DNA of 64,000 nucleotides from a virus. Taxonomy: Duplodnaviria; Heunggongvirae; Uroviricota; Caudoviricetes. Below, piece by piece: positions 1 through 9,575 of the stretch. The stretch lies in IMG/VR virus record IMGVR_UViG_3300032116_012976; one strand, given 5' to 3'. Numbering within the stretch: position 1 is the stretch's first letter; every line of letters starts with the position of its first letter. The notes beneath the pieces were generated by a model, which worked only from the letters and a program-made list of their open reading frames with translations, made no database searches and was not told the DNA's origin. The translations under genes were made by a program, and so were the position numbers.

Positions 1-612
1 TATGTCAAGCAGTTGTGCGACGGGCGCATAGAACACTTCATGCAGTACGTGAGTTTAGACGGCTGGGGCTCACAAGCAGAATACATGCGTCACGGTATGG
101 ACTTCAATTTACTATGGGACAGGGTAAATCAATTTCTAACAGAAGTACCCAGCTACAACAGTCTAACGTTTATTGTGACCATGAACAATCTATCAGTAAC
201 CAGCTTGGAAAACCTGTTTGCTGGCATTCTAGGTCTGCGTAAAACCTATAGCAAAACCTATCAACGTGTGTGGTTTGATACACCTGTACTACGCGAACCG
301 GCTTGGCAGAGTTTGCAAATACTGCCAGAAAGCTATGCTGAACGACTGGAATATCTCTGGGCGTGGATGATACGTTGGACAGAAACTGCCGAAGATCCAT
401 TCCACGGATTCAAAGACTACGAACTTGCTAGACTGGACAGAGACATTGCATGGATGCGAGCAGGCCAAGGACAAGATCATTCCGCAGCAAAGGCAGACTT
501 TTATAGATTCTTTCGAGAACACGATCGCCGCAGAGGCACTGACTTTTTAAAGACCTTTCCAGAAATGAAAAGCTGGTGGGCAGAATGTGCATATCATGCT
601 AGGAACACATAA
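1..612 (+). CDS. radical SAM paralog, C-terminal fragment; the 5' end lies before the window
   Basis: The reading frame is open from nt 1. The motif GSQAEYMRHGMDFNLLWDRV matches the conserved G..EYIR.G.DW block in the C-terminal halves of the radical SAM paralogs at 1686, 3027, 4283, 6490 and 40403. Confidence 0.45.
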   Translation, partial: YVKQLCDGRIEHFMQYVSLDGWGSQAEYMRHGMDFNLLWDRVNQFLTEVPSYNSLTFIVTMNNLSVTSLENLFAGILGLRKTYSKTYQRVWFDTPVLREPAWQSLQILPESYAERLEYLWAWMIRWTETAEDPFHGFKDYELARLDRDIAWMRAGQGQDHSAAKADFYRFFREHDRRRGTDFLKTFPEMKSWWAECAYHARNT

Positions 613-1699
613 GCTCATAGTAGACGAATGGGCCGAAGTCTGGGACTTGCTCAAGCCATATGCTGACAGCAGTTTTTGGCAGTTGCCCAGCTTGGATCCT
701 GCCAATGTGTATGTTGTTGGCCGTGTGATATTGAAAGACAACTGGCAGACAATAACTGACTGGGCCACTCAGCACCCTGGACGCATTGTGTTCTCCAACC
801 CTGCAGAAGGATCAGAAACCATACTGCTACAGCTCAAGCGACTGCGCATTGCTGACTTGGTCCAAGACGGGCGCATAGGACTGTTGACGTCTGGGGATTT
901 AGAACCAGGGTGGAGCTATTGTAAAACAGACTGTTACTTTTCAAACATAGTGGAATACACAGAAAACAAATCGGCGCAACTACAAGCTGACATGGATTCA
1001 AAAGCGCATCGCCCATATGATTTTCTTTTTTTAAATGGCCGCCTGCGCCCACATCGCAAAGCACTGATAGACGGCCTGCGTGAAAATCAGCTGTTGGATC
1101 ATGCATTATGGACCAACCTGGGCAGTTCTGTTGAAATGGCATTTACTTCTGCACTGCAAACCAATCAGCTTGAGCCTATTAGACTGTTGCCCCCAGAATA
1201 TGAAATTGAACGTGCTGTACCCAACATGGAATCAGCGTATGCACACAGTTTTTGCAAGCATCATTTGTTTGGCAATACCTGGGGCGATGCCATTGTTAAT
1301 CCTGCTTGCTACACAAGCACATGGTTCTCAGTGGTAACAGAAACCATATTTGATTACCCGCACACATTTAGAACAGAAAAGATATGGAAGCCCATATTAA
1401 TGGCACACCCATTTGTGGCAGCTGCCAACAGGGGTTACTTGCGAGACTTGCGCAACGCAGGATTCCGCACGTTCCACAACTACATCGACGAATCCTACGA
1501 CCAAATTGATTGTCCAAGCAAGCGAATAGATAGTATAATAGCAACAATTGGCGAGATCTGTCAGAACGGTGCTGCTGAATTCTGGACAGCCGCCCAGGAT
1601 ATCTGTAAATATAATCAACAGCACCTAGTGGAGCACAATCAATTGGAACGTGCCCAACTCCCCATCAATTTAGAAAAGTATTTAGATGAACGATCTTGA
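587..1699 (+). CDS. GT10-like (TEK-motif) glycosyltransferase paralog
   Basis: The C-terminal block ...VTETIFDYPHTFRTEKIWKPILMAHPFVAAANRG...GFRTFHNYIDESYDQ is shared with ORFs 5478, 13420, 14594, 55318 and 58621. The TEK(F/I)(W/F)K...P(V/I)V pattern resembles the alpha1,3-fucosyltransferase (GT10) motif. The call rests on recalled motifs. Confidence 0.4.
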   Translation: MHIMLGTHKLIVDEWAEVWDLLKPYADSSFWQLPSLDPANVYVVGRVILKDNWQTITDWATQHPGRIVFSNPAEGSETILLQLKRLRIADLVQDGRIGLLTSGDLEPGWSYCKTDCYFSNIVEYTENKSAQLQADMDSKAHRPYDFLFLNGRLRPHRKALIDGLRENQLLDHALWTNLGSSVEMAFTSALQTNQLEPIRLLPPEYEIERAVPNMESAYAHSFCKHHLFGNTWGDAIVNPACYTSTWFSVVTETIFDYPHTFRTEKIWKPILMAHPFVAAANRGYLRDLRNAGFRTFHNYIDESYDQIDCPSKRIDSIIATIGEICQNGAAEFWTAAQDICKYNQQHLVEHNQLERAQLPINLEKYLDERS

Positions 1700-3017
1700 G
1701 TTCCGTCAGCAAGTATTAGACCCTCTCTCAGCCAGCTTTTGTGCGGCAAAATGGTATAACGCAACCATTTGGTTAGGAAGTGGACAGACCACAAGTTGTC
1801 ATCACCCGCCAGCTCATTTGATCGACAAAGATAAAGTCAGCATCAACCCTAGGCTACTGCACAATACTGATCAAAAGAAGGCAGATCGCCAACAAATGAT
1901 CAACGGGGAGCGTCCCCCTGGCTGTGAGTACTGTTGGAAAATAGAAGACATGGGTCGCAATGCCATTTCAGACCGTGTGTATAAGAGTAAGATATATCCC
2001 ATAGAGGCATTACATGAAGCTAGAAATACACCATACACTGAAGACGTCAACCTCCGTACACTTGAGATCGCTTTTGATCGCACTTGTCAGTTTGCTTGTA
2101 GCTATTGTAATCCAGCTTTCAGTTCAACATGGGTTAAAGACATCCGACGCAACGGAGCTTACCAGAACTTGGTCAGTGATGGTCGCAACCATTTTACCCA
2201 TGATCATGCTAACGCACAACTTTGGGATTATGGAGAACACAATCCTTACATTGATGCATTTTTTAAGTGGTGGGAGTCGGATCTGCATCGCACACTGCAA
2301 GAGCTCCGTATCACAGGAGGAGAGCCCCTCATGTCTGGTCACACATGGAAGCTCATTGACTGGTTTCGAACAAATTCAGGCAAGAGTTCAACACGCCTGG
2401 CTATCAACAGTAACCTAGGCACAGACGTAGACATTGACCGCTTGCTAGATGCAACGCAAAACATGGCAATTGACATATACACTTCAAACGAAGCTGTGGG
2501 TGTGCAAGCAGAGTACATACGCGACGGGTTGGTCTGGGCGGACTGGATGAACAATGTCAACCGCTTGTTAAGTTCCAAGCAGTTCCGTAGCATACATGTG
2601 ATGTGTACCATCAATGCCCTGTGCCTAGACAGCTTGGATCAATTGCTAGAGTGCATAGTGAAATGGAAGCTGGAGTATGGGCGTGATGCTATATCATTCA
2701 CACTAAACATCTTGCGTTTTCCCAGCTTTCAAAGTCCGTTGATACTGCCTGCGGAGTTGAAAACACACTACAAAACAGTGTTGGAAACTTGGCTCACAAA
2801 TCACAGCCACAGTGAATACCTGCACGAACACGAAATCAATCATTTACAAAGATTGATTGATTACCTGGATGTGGTGAAAACACCGCATTCAGACACATTT
2901 GAAATGCCCAAGCTATTGAATGATTTCAAACAATTCCACACACAGTATGACCAGCGTCGCAACAAAGACTTTGGCACAGCGTTCCCAAATCTGCAGGCCT
3001 GGTATAATTCACTATAA
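1686..3017 (+). CDS. radical SAM enzyme, paralog 2
   Basis: Radical SAM signature CQFACSYC (CxxxCxxC). An N-terminal Cys cluster is present (C..C...CxxC: PPGCEYCW). The start overlaps the stop of the upstream gene by 4 bp, which indicates translational coupling. Confidence 0.7.
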   Translation: MNDLEFRQQVLDPLSASFCAAKWYNATIWLGSGQTTSCHHPPAHLIDKDKVSINPRLLHNTDQKKADRQQMINGERPPGCEYCWKIEDMGRNAISDRVYKSKIYPIEALHEARNTPYTEDVNLRTLEIAFDRTCQFACSYCNPAFSSTWVKDIRRNGAYQNLVSDGRNHFTHDHANAQLWDYGEHNPYIDAFFKWWESDLHRTLQELRITGGEPLMSGHTWKLIDWFRTNSGKSSTRLAINSNLGTDVDIDRLLDATQNMAIDIYTSNEAVGVQAEYIRDGLVWADWMNNVNRLLSSKQFRSIHVMCTINALCLDSLDQLLECIVKWKLEYGRDAISFTLNILRFPSFQSPLILPAELKTHYKTVLETWLTNHSHSEYLHEHEINHLQRLIDYLDVVKTPHSDTFEMPKLLNDFKQFHTQYDQRRNKDFGTAFPNLQAWYNSL

Positions 3018-3026
3018 TTCACTATA

Positions 3027-4286
3027 ATGTCATATAATTACAACTCTACAGATCTAGTAAGACCCACAGAATTAACTGAGCGTGAGGAATTCTTACTAAA
3101 AGATTCAAAGACATTTTGCATTTATCCCTGGATCCATTTGCACGCCTATCCCACAGGCGAGGCATATCCCTGCTGTCATGCTGAAATGAAGCCAGGCATA
3201 GTAGGCAACTGTAGAACAAATACCTTAGAAGAAATATGGCAGGATGCACCCATGCAGAAGCTACGTGCAGACATGCTGAGCGAAACGCCACACGCTGCCT
3301 GCACACGTTGTTATGAGCAGGAAGAATCAGGATTCTTTTCAGGCCGTAAGAGTGCCAACAAACATCACGGACATCACATAAAGAAGCTGGATCAAAATCC
3401 TTTTGAAATGACCTACTGGGACATTCGTTTCTCAAACTTGTGCAATCTAAAATGCCGTAGCTGCGGATACATATTCAGCTCACAATGGTATCAGGATCAA
3501 GCCAAACTTGCTGGCGGCGACTGGAAAGCCCGCAACACAGTGCTAAACTATGCAGGGCGTACTGAAACTGACATGTGGGAACAATTAAAGCCTCATTTGG
3601 ACTATGTGGAACAGATCTACTTTGCTGGCGGTGAACCCTTGCTTATGGCGGAACACTACAATATTCTAGACGAGCTGGTGCGAAGAAAACGCTTTGACGT
3701 TAGACTCATATACAACACCAACTTCACACACACGGATCTCAAGGGTCGTTCAGTATTTGAATACTGGCGCCAGTTCGATTCAGTTGCTGTGGGTGCCAGC
3801 CTGGATGCGTCGGGCGCACGTGGGGAATACATTAGAAAAGGCACAGACTGGGCCGTAGTAGAACAGAACAGACGTGATATGTTGCGTGTGTGCCCTGAAG
3901 TGGATTTTTACATTTCACCTACCTTGAGCATAATGAATGCCTGGCACCTGCCTGATTTCCACCGTGACTGGGTGGAAAAAGGCCTGATCCGCGCACAGGA
4001 TTTAAATATAAATATCCTACAAGATCCTGCGCACTATAGAATAGACATTGCCACAGCCGAATACAAACACTCACTCACAGCACTGTATCAAAATCATATC
4101 CATTGGCTTAAAGGTCAGGACCCGCTAAATCGTGCCACACAAGGCTTTGAATCAGCCATTACCTTTATGATGGCCACAGACAACACACACTTGATAGATA
4201 CATTCTGGCGCAAAACAAATGAACTAGATTCAATAAGAAATGAATCAATATTGGATATAATTCCAGAATTGGCGGCACTAAAATGA
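3027..4286 (+). CDS. radical SAM enzyme, paralog 3
   Basis: Motif FSNLCNLKCRSCG (CxxxCxxC). N-terminal Cys cluster FCIYPW...YPCCHA...CTRCY. A GGEPL-like motif FAGGEPLLM. The C-terminal block GARGEYIRKGTDW. Confidence 0.7.
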   Translation: MSYNYNSTDLVRPTELTEREEFLLKDSKTFCIYPWIHLHAYPTGEAYPCCHAEMKPGIVGNCRTNTLEEIWQDAPMQKLRADMLSETPHAACTRCYEQEESGFFSGRKSANKHHGHHIKKLDQNPFEMTYWDIRFSNLCNLKCRSCGYIFSSQWYQDQAKLAGGDWKARNTVLNYAGRTETDMWEQLKPHLDYVEQIYFAGGEPLLMAEHYNILDELVRRKRFDVRLIYNTNFTHTDLKGRSVFEYWRQFDSVAVGASLDASGARGEYIRKGTDWAVVEQNRRDMLRVCPEVDFYISPTLSIMNAWHLPDFHRDWVEKGLIRAQDLNINILQDPAHYRIDIATAEYKHSLTALYQNHIHWLKGQDPLNRATQGFESAITFMMATDNTHLIDTFWRKTNELDSIRNESILDIIPELAALK

Positions 4287-5500
4287 ATATTCCACACGAT
4301 CAATTTTGCGTATTGCCCTGGGTGAGTTTAGAAGCCTCTCCCATTGGCACTGTACGCCCATGTTGTCTGGCAGATGATGAACTGACGGATGACTCTGGCA
4401 CAAAGTTCTCGCTATTGAATGCTAACTTTGCTGACATACAAAACTCACGTGCAATGACACGCCTGCGTGAACAGTTTCTTGCAGGCGAAAAGCCACAGAC
4501 CTGCCGCAAGTGCTGGATGGAAGAACGTGCTGGCCGCACATCAAAACGCATGCACACCTTGGACAGAATGAAACACATGGGCATATCAGGAGAATGGACC
4601 ACTGACGCCAAGCCGCTGATGTTCCTGGATTTGAAGCTGGGCAACATCTGCAATTTAAAATGTCGTATATGCGGATCATGGTCATCAAGCCAATTTGCCA
4701 CAGAAGAATTAAATGACATGCATCCAGATGACGATAAGAAAAAGACATTTCCCTATCAGATGCTGCGAGCAGGTGCGTGGCCCAGGGAAAATCAATCATT
4801 TTGGACAGAAATTGATGCCTGTTTAAATGACATACGCTACATTGAATTTACAGGTGGCGAGCCATTCATGATTGATCAGCACTTTGACATGTTGCAGGGC
4901 ATTGTGGATCGCGGAATTGCACATCAAGTGGAAATACACTACAACACAAATGGCACACAATGGCCTGCTCGCGGCCCGGACATCTGGCGCCATTTTAAAA
5001 CAGTAGAAGTGGCGTTCTCAATAGATGATGTGGGTGAACGCTTTGAATATCAACGCACCAATGCAGACTGGGCATTGGTGCTGGACACAATCACAAGTTT
5101 TCAATATCTTAGAGATCAACTGCCCAACCTGCGTTTACAATGCTGTAGTACCGTGAATGTGTTTAATGTGCGGTACATTGATCAACTAGCACACTGGATA
5201 GCACTGCAACGCTTTGACTTTGTGTACTGGAACATGATGCATGATGCCTGGTACTTTTCAATTGCCACACTGCCTGACACAGCCAAAGCTGCTGTCACAG
5301 AACACCTACGTTCAGCAGATGTGCCCGCACAATATCGTGAGGAGTTTGATAGAATCACAGACTTTATGAATGGGGGTGCGTCAACGGACGGCTTTATGTT
5401 GCGAATGAAAGTACGTGATTTAGATCGCAAAAGAAAACAAAATTTACGTGATGTAGCGCCAGAATTTGCTGAAATAATTGGGTATGACTATGACCAGTAA
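4283..5500 (+). CDS. radical SAM enzyme, paralog 4
   Basis: Motif GNICNLKCRICG. N-terminal Cys cluster CVLPW...RPCCL...CRKCW. Motif FTGGEPFM. Overlaps the neighbouring genes at both ends. Confidence 0.7.
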   Translation: MNIPHDQFCVLPWVSLEASPIGTVRPCCLADDELTDDSGTKFSLLNANFADIQNSRAMTRLREQFLAGEKPQTCRKCWMEERAGRTSKRMHTLDRMKHMGISGEWTTDAKPLMFLDLKLGNICNLKCRICGSWSSSQFATEELNDMHPDDDKKKTFPYQMLRAGAWPRENQSFWTEIDACLNDIRYIEFTGGEPFMIDQHFDMLQGIVDRGIAHQVEIHYNTNGTQWPARGPDIWRHFKTVEVAFSIDDVGERFEYQRTNADWALVLDTITSFQYLRDQLPNLRLQCCSTVNVFNVRYIDQLAHWIALQRFDFVYWNMMHDAWYFSIATLPDTAKAAVTEHLRSADVPAQYREEFDRITDFMNGGASTDGFMLRMKVRDLDRKRKQNLRDVAPEFAEIIGYDYDQ

Positions 5501-6497
5501 TCTGGTATTGATGCACGACACCAGACTGGTTCCTGCCAATTTGTCAAGGCATTTTCCTGTGGACTATGAGTTTTTTGATCCTGGCAAAACATATCCCAGC
5601 AACACAGTTTTTGTTTATGATCATTATCTCAGTGAAATTGCAGTCAAACAGCATCTTGACAGTCATCTGCAAGCTGGCTACAGAGTAATATACGACAACA
5701 AAAATGAACATTGGTTTACCACTGACCAATGGTGGATTGTTGAGCTGCTACAAAAATATCCACAACAACACCTTTTGTTTAGTTTGGGATCACAGCCTGG
5801 CGCATTGCCTGGACTCAGAGTGCAGGCTGTGCCTGCTTGGATATGGCTGCGTTGCCGAGACTATTGGGAAAAATTGAACTATCACAATATTGCATATACT
5901 CCAACTGCACGGTATAAAACATTGTGTATGATCAACTACACACGACCCTGGCGAGACCTGGTGTGGCAAGCATTGAATCCCATGGAGGCAGATGTGATGC
6001 GTAGTTATTTGTCCCAGGGGATCAGCATGCCCGACGATGTTACAGGTGATGGACACTTGTGGCAGGTAAATCCACGTTGGTTTCATATTTCTGCAATGAG
6101 CTTGGTGTGCGAAAGTTCAATTGGTGCTGTTTCTGGAGAAATTTCAGTCACTGCACCGTCAGGTGTGTTTGTGAGCGAAAAAAGTCTAAAGCCCATGGCC
6201 ATGCAACATCCATTTATTGTGGTAGCAACCCCGGGTACCCTAGCAGAGATACAGAGTTTTGGATTTGAAACATTCCCAGAGTTATGGGACGAAAGCTACG
6301 ATTCAATTGTGGACTTTGGTCAGCGATTAAACGTCATTATGCAACAAGTGCAACAGTTTGATACAGCACAATTAAACCAGCTGGTAGTGCAACAAAAACT
6401 CCAACACAATCAGCACAGGATTTTTGATCCTGCGGTAACACAGCAATTGCTACAGCAACAGGTGTTGGATCCCATATTAGAATTTTTAAATGAATAA
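5478..6497 (+). CDS. GT10-like (TEK-motif) glycosyltransferase paralog
   Basis: Block FVSEKSLKPMAMQHPFIVVATPG...FGFETFPELWDESYD. The start may be the ATG at 5484 or 5490. Confidence 0.4.
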   Translation: MGMTMTSNLVLMHDTRLVPANLSRHFPVDYEFFDPGKTYPSNTVFVYDHYLSEIAVKQHLDSHLQAGYRVIYDNKNEHWFTTDQWWIVELLQKYPQQHLLFSLGSQPGALPGLRVQAVPAWIWLRCRDYWEKLNYHNIAYTPTARYKTLCMINYTRPWRDLVWQALNPMEADVMRSYLSQGISMPDDVTGDGHLWQVNPRWFHISAMSLVCESSIGAVSGEISVTAPSGVFVSEKSLKPMAMQHPFIVVATPGTLAEIQSFGFETFPELWDESYDSIVDFGQRLNVIMQQVQQFDTAQLNQLVVQQKLQHNQHRIFDPAVTQQLLQQQVLDPILEFLNE

Positions 6498-7779
6498 ACC
6501 TGATACCATGTGCCTGGCACCTTGGGTGCATACCTATCTAAGCCCGCAAACTGAACGGCGCATGTGCTGTGCGTCACGCGAGCCTGCACAGAATTTTCGG
6601 CAGTACATAGACACTGAGTCAGGTACTGGTCAGTATATTCCTGTCACACTTGAAGAACATTGGAATTCAAATCACATGCGATCAGTGCGTCGCAGAATGA
6701 TGGCCGGAGAAACTTTACCTGAATGCGAAGTATGCAATGACCGACTCCTTAACACTAGCGTTTACCGCACCTACTTCGATCATTTATTTCAGCACAAACT
6801 GCCAGAAGTATACGCTAACACACAGCCCGATGGCACTACGACTATGGAACCTGTTTCATGGGATTATAGGTTCTCAAACTTATGTAACTTCAAATGCAGA
6901 ACCTGCGGAGATATGCTTTCAAGTGCCTGGGAGAGTGAACAAAAACAGAACAACATGGTCAACTGGGCTGATCCTAAAAACAATTGGATGCGAGACAGTA
7001 TACGTGACAGCATCTCCCAATTTCAGGATAGTCAAATTGAAGCCGAATTTGCTGCCGCCGTTGAACAACATCGTGTAGAAGAAATCTACTGGGTGGGCGG
7101 AGAGCCGCTAATGTACGAACAGCATTGGCGCCACATGAAAAGAATTGTTGAACTAGGAGATGGACCACGTGTTTATGCTAGATATAATACTAATCTCAGC
7201 CGTGTGCGTTACGGCGGTGTGGATCTATTTGATGATATCCTGGCGCACATTCGCGATTGGCAAATATGTGCTTCCCTGGATGGAACTGAGCAGATCGGGG
7301 AATATATTCGTACAGGATTGGATTATGCACAGTTCTGTCGTAATTTTGAACACGGACTCAAATACGCTACCAACCCTAGACAGATGCGTCTTGACTTTAC
7401 CCTCACACTGCCCGGCATGTTCGAGACTGGCGCAATGGAAAAGTTATCACAGACGTATGGGGTACAATTGTTAGCCAAAGTGATATTCAGCTTTAGTCCA
7501 GACATTGTTATGAGTCCACTTGCGCTGCCCAGACACTTGTTGGATCCATGGGTTGACGAACTAGCAGGCCGCTCCGCAGGTGACATGCGTGATGTACTGC
7601 TACAATTAAAGAACCGTCCATGCTTTGAGGAACAATGGCCGGATACATATCGCGCAGGACTTGCAAAAGGCAAAGCTCGTGTGTTACAATTAGAAAGCAT
7701 ACGCACACAGAAGATTACTATGGCAGAAATACTTGCTCAAAGACCAGCAGTGCTAGAATGGTGGAATAAAATTGCTTGA
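6490..7779 (+). CDS. radical SAM enzyme, paralog 5
   Basis: Motif FSNLCNFKCRTCG. N-terminal Cys cluster CLAPW...RMCCAS...CEVCN. Motif WVGGEPLM. Block GTEQIGEYIRTGLDY. Confidence 0.7.
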   Translation: MNKPDTMCLAPWVHTYLSPQTERRMCCASREPAQNFRQYIDTESGTGQYIPVTLEEHWNSNHMRSVRRRMMAGETLPECEVCNDRLLNTSVYRTYFDHLFQHKLPEVYANTQPDGTTTMEPVSWDYRFSNLCNFKCRTCGDMLSSAWESEQKQNNMVNWADPKNNWMRDSIRDSISQFQDSQIEAEFAAAVEQHRVEEIYWVGGEPLMYEQHWRHMKRIVELGDGPRVYARYNTNLSRVRYGGVDLFDDILAHIRDWQICASLDGTEQIGEYIRTGLDYAQFCRNFEHGLKYATNPRQMRLDFTLTLPGMFETGAMEKLSQTYGVQLLAKVIFSFSPDIVMSPLALPRHLLDPWVDELAGRSAGDMRDVLLQLKNRPCFEEQWPDTYRAGLAKGKARVLQLESIRTQKITMAEILAQRPAVLEWWNKIA

Positions 7780-8833
7780 TCACATTGAAATAGACCTACG
7801 CGGACAAAACAGCCTACTAACTGTGCATATAGATGTGGCGGACAACACACTAAGTCGCAAATGGCTAACCGCGCTAAATGACATCATTAGAACTGATCTT
7901 CATTTGGAAAAGAATTACTGTTGGATGGGATGGACTGAAAGTGAACGAAATGCACAATACCTTTGTGAGCAAATTAATGCTAGTATTGATCACATCAATC
8001 GAAGTGGTATTGGCTATTGTATTGATTGTGATGCTTATACTGTAGAGAATACCATTGAGCCAGGAATCATTGGCACCAATCTAATCATCGGTGGCGTGGT
8101 GCATGAAAAAATGAACAATCTACACAGGTATTTTGAAGACCTACAAGGGTGGTCAGGTGGCATTTCAAATTATTATACTCGTGCAGATCCTGCTACACGC
8201 TGGCACATACGTCAACTAAATCTCCTGTGTCATGAATATGAAAGTCTTGTATTGAGCATGCGCAAGGCTGTGCATGCCCCTGAATGGCGCAGACCCTCAC
8301 AGTTGATGTGTTGGCTTAATGCACCGCGTTTTGCACTAGAACCCGCGGACTATGAATTGTTTGGCGTAGAAACCATCAACAGAACTCTAGGCGGTGTTTA
8401 TTTGGGTGTAAATAAAGCAGTTGGCAAACATCACTGGGAGGTGTTCAATGATGAAGGTAGGGATTCGCGTGTTGGCGAGCTTGTTACTACAGGACTGCGT
8501 GCTCAAACTGAAGCCGCTGGCGACTTTGATATCGAATGGGCCCGTGACCCAGGAGCATATCACTGGCAAATCAAAAAGTTACAAGAATTCCGCGCCTGGC
8601 TATTGGACAATGGGTTTGATCCAGAGGACAAAAGTCTCACCATTGGTCACCCAAAGGTGGCACAAGTTGACGTGATGCGAACATTTGGAACAACGGATTA
8701 TGAAAAGATTTGGGCGCAGTTGGCTCAACATCTTGATGTGTTGAGCATACGTACCGGGTGGGGCGAAGCTACATACAACTATCGCTGGAGCGATCCAGAC
8801 TATCATGAACAGCAAATAAGGAGATTGAAATGA
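7772..8833 (+). CDS. hypothetical protein
   Basis: A 353-aa ORF coupled to the upstream radical SAM gene. No recognisable motif. Confidence 0.4.
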   Translation: MLDHIEIDLRGQNSLLTVHIDVADNTLSRKWLTALNDIIRTDLHLEKNYCWMGWTESERNAQYLCEQINASIDHINRSGIGYCIDCDAYTVENTIEPGIIGTNLIIGGVVHEKMNNLHRYFEDLQGWSGGISNYYTRADPATRWHIRQLNLLCHEYESLVLSMRKAVHAPEWRRPSQLMCWLNAPRFALEPADYELFGVETINRTLGGVYLGVNKAVGKHHWEVFNDEGRDSRVGELVTTGLRAQTEAAGDFDIEWARDPGAYHWQIKKLQEFRAWLLDNGFDPEDKSLTIGHPKVAQVDVMRTFGTTDYEKIWAQLAQHLDVLSIRTGWGEATYNYRWSDPDYHEQQIRRLK

Positions 8834-8927
8834 ATTGGATTAGACAAATTTGGGATAGAATTACACTAGAGTATCGTTATCGTAAAAAACTAAAAGAGCT
8901 ACGCAAAAGAGATCCTTTTATCTACAA

Positions 8928-9575
8928 ATGAAAAATCAGTTACTCACAATAGGTGATAGCTTTACACATGGTGACGAATTGTCAGATGTGTATCAAGCCT
9001 GGCCCTATCGTCTGTCAGACAAACTAGGATACGAAGTCCACAATCTTGGACAGTCAGGGTGCAGTAACGCTAGTATTTTGCGTAGAACATTAGAAGAACT
9101 TGCGACCAATCATTATGATTTAGTTATTATAGGGTGGACTTATCCGGGTAGAATTGAATGGAAAGATGACATTGGCATAGCGTATGATTTATGGCCAGGT
9201 GTGCCCAACGATACTAAATTTTTTAAAGATCATCCTTGGAGAGTTGATTTTTTAAACTTTATAAGTCAACATCACAATTCTGCTTATCTATACCAACAGT
9301 ATCTGATACAAACAATTTTGTTGCAATCGTTTTGCCAAGTCAACAGCATTGATTATAGAATGTTAGATGTACAATGGCACAATTACTACAGAAAAGTTGG
9401 ATCAGAAATGCATGATAAGTTAGAAGCAAAAATAGATACAACAAAATTTATAGGTTGGCAAAAGTTTGGTATGAGAGAACTAGTGGCTGATTTACCAAAA
9501 GGTCCTCAAAATCATCCGCTAGAACAAGGACATGAGAGAATAGCAAATGAAATCGCAAAACATATTGGGAATTAG
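8928..9575 (+). CDS. SGNH/GDSL-family hydrolase
   Basis: N-terminal GDSL block LLTIGDSFTHGDEL, with a downstream G and a GHER motif. Confidence 0.5.
   Translation: MKNQLLTIGDSFTHGDELSDVYQAWPYRLSDKLGYEVHNLGQSGCSNASILRRTLEELATNHYDLVIIGWTYPGRIEWKDDIGIAYDLWPGVPNDTKFFKDHPWRVDFLNFISQHHNSAYLYQQYLIQTILLQSFCQVNSIDYRMLDVQWHNYYRKVGSEMHDKLEAKIDTTKFIGWQKFGMRELVADLPKGPQNHPLEQGHERIANEIAKHIGN

Noticed and set aside
2014-2614. Antisense and alternative-frame ORFs inside radical SAM genes (for example 2014..2418, 2339..2614, 3046..3435, 4300..4799)
   Set aside because: They are embedded in strongly supported coding frames. They have no motifs and no independent signals.
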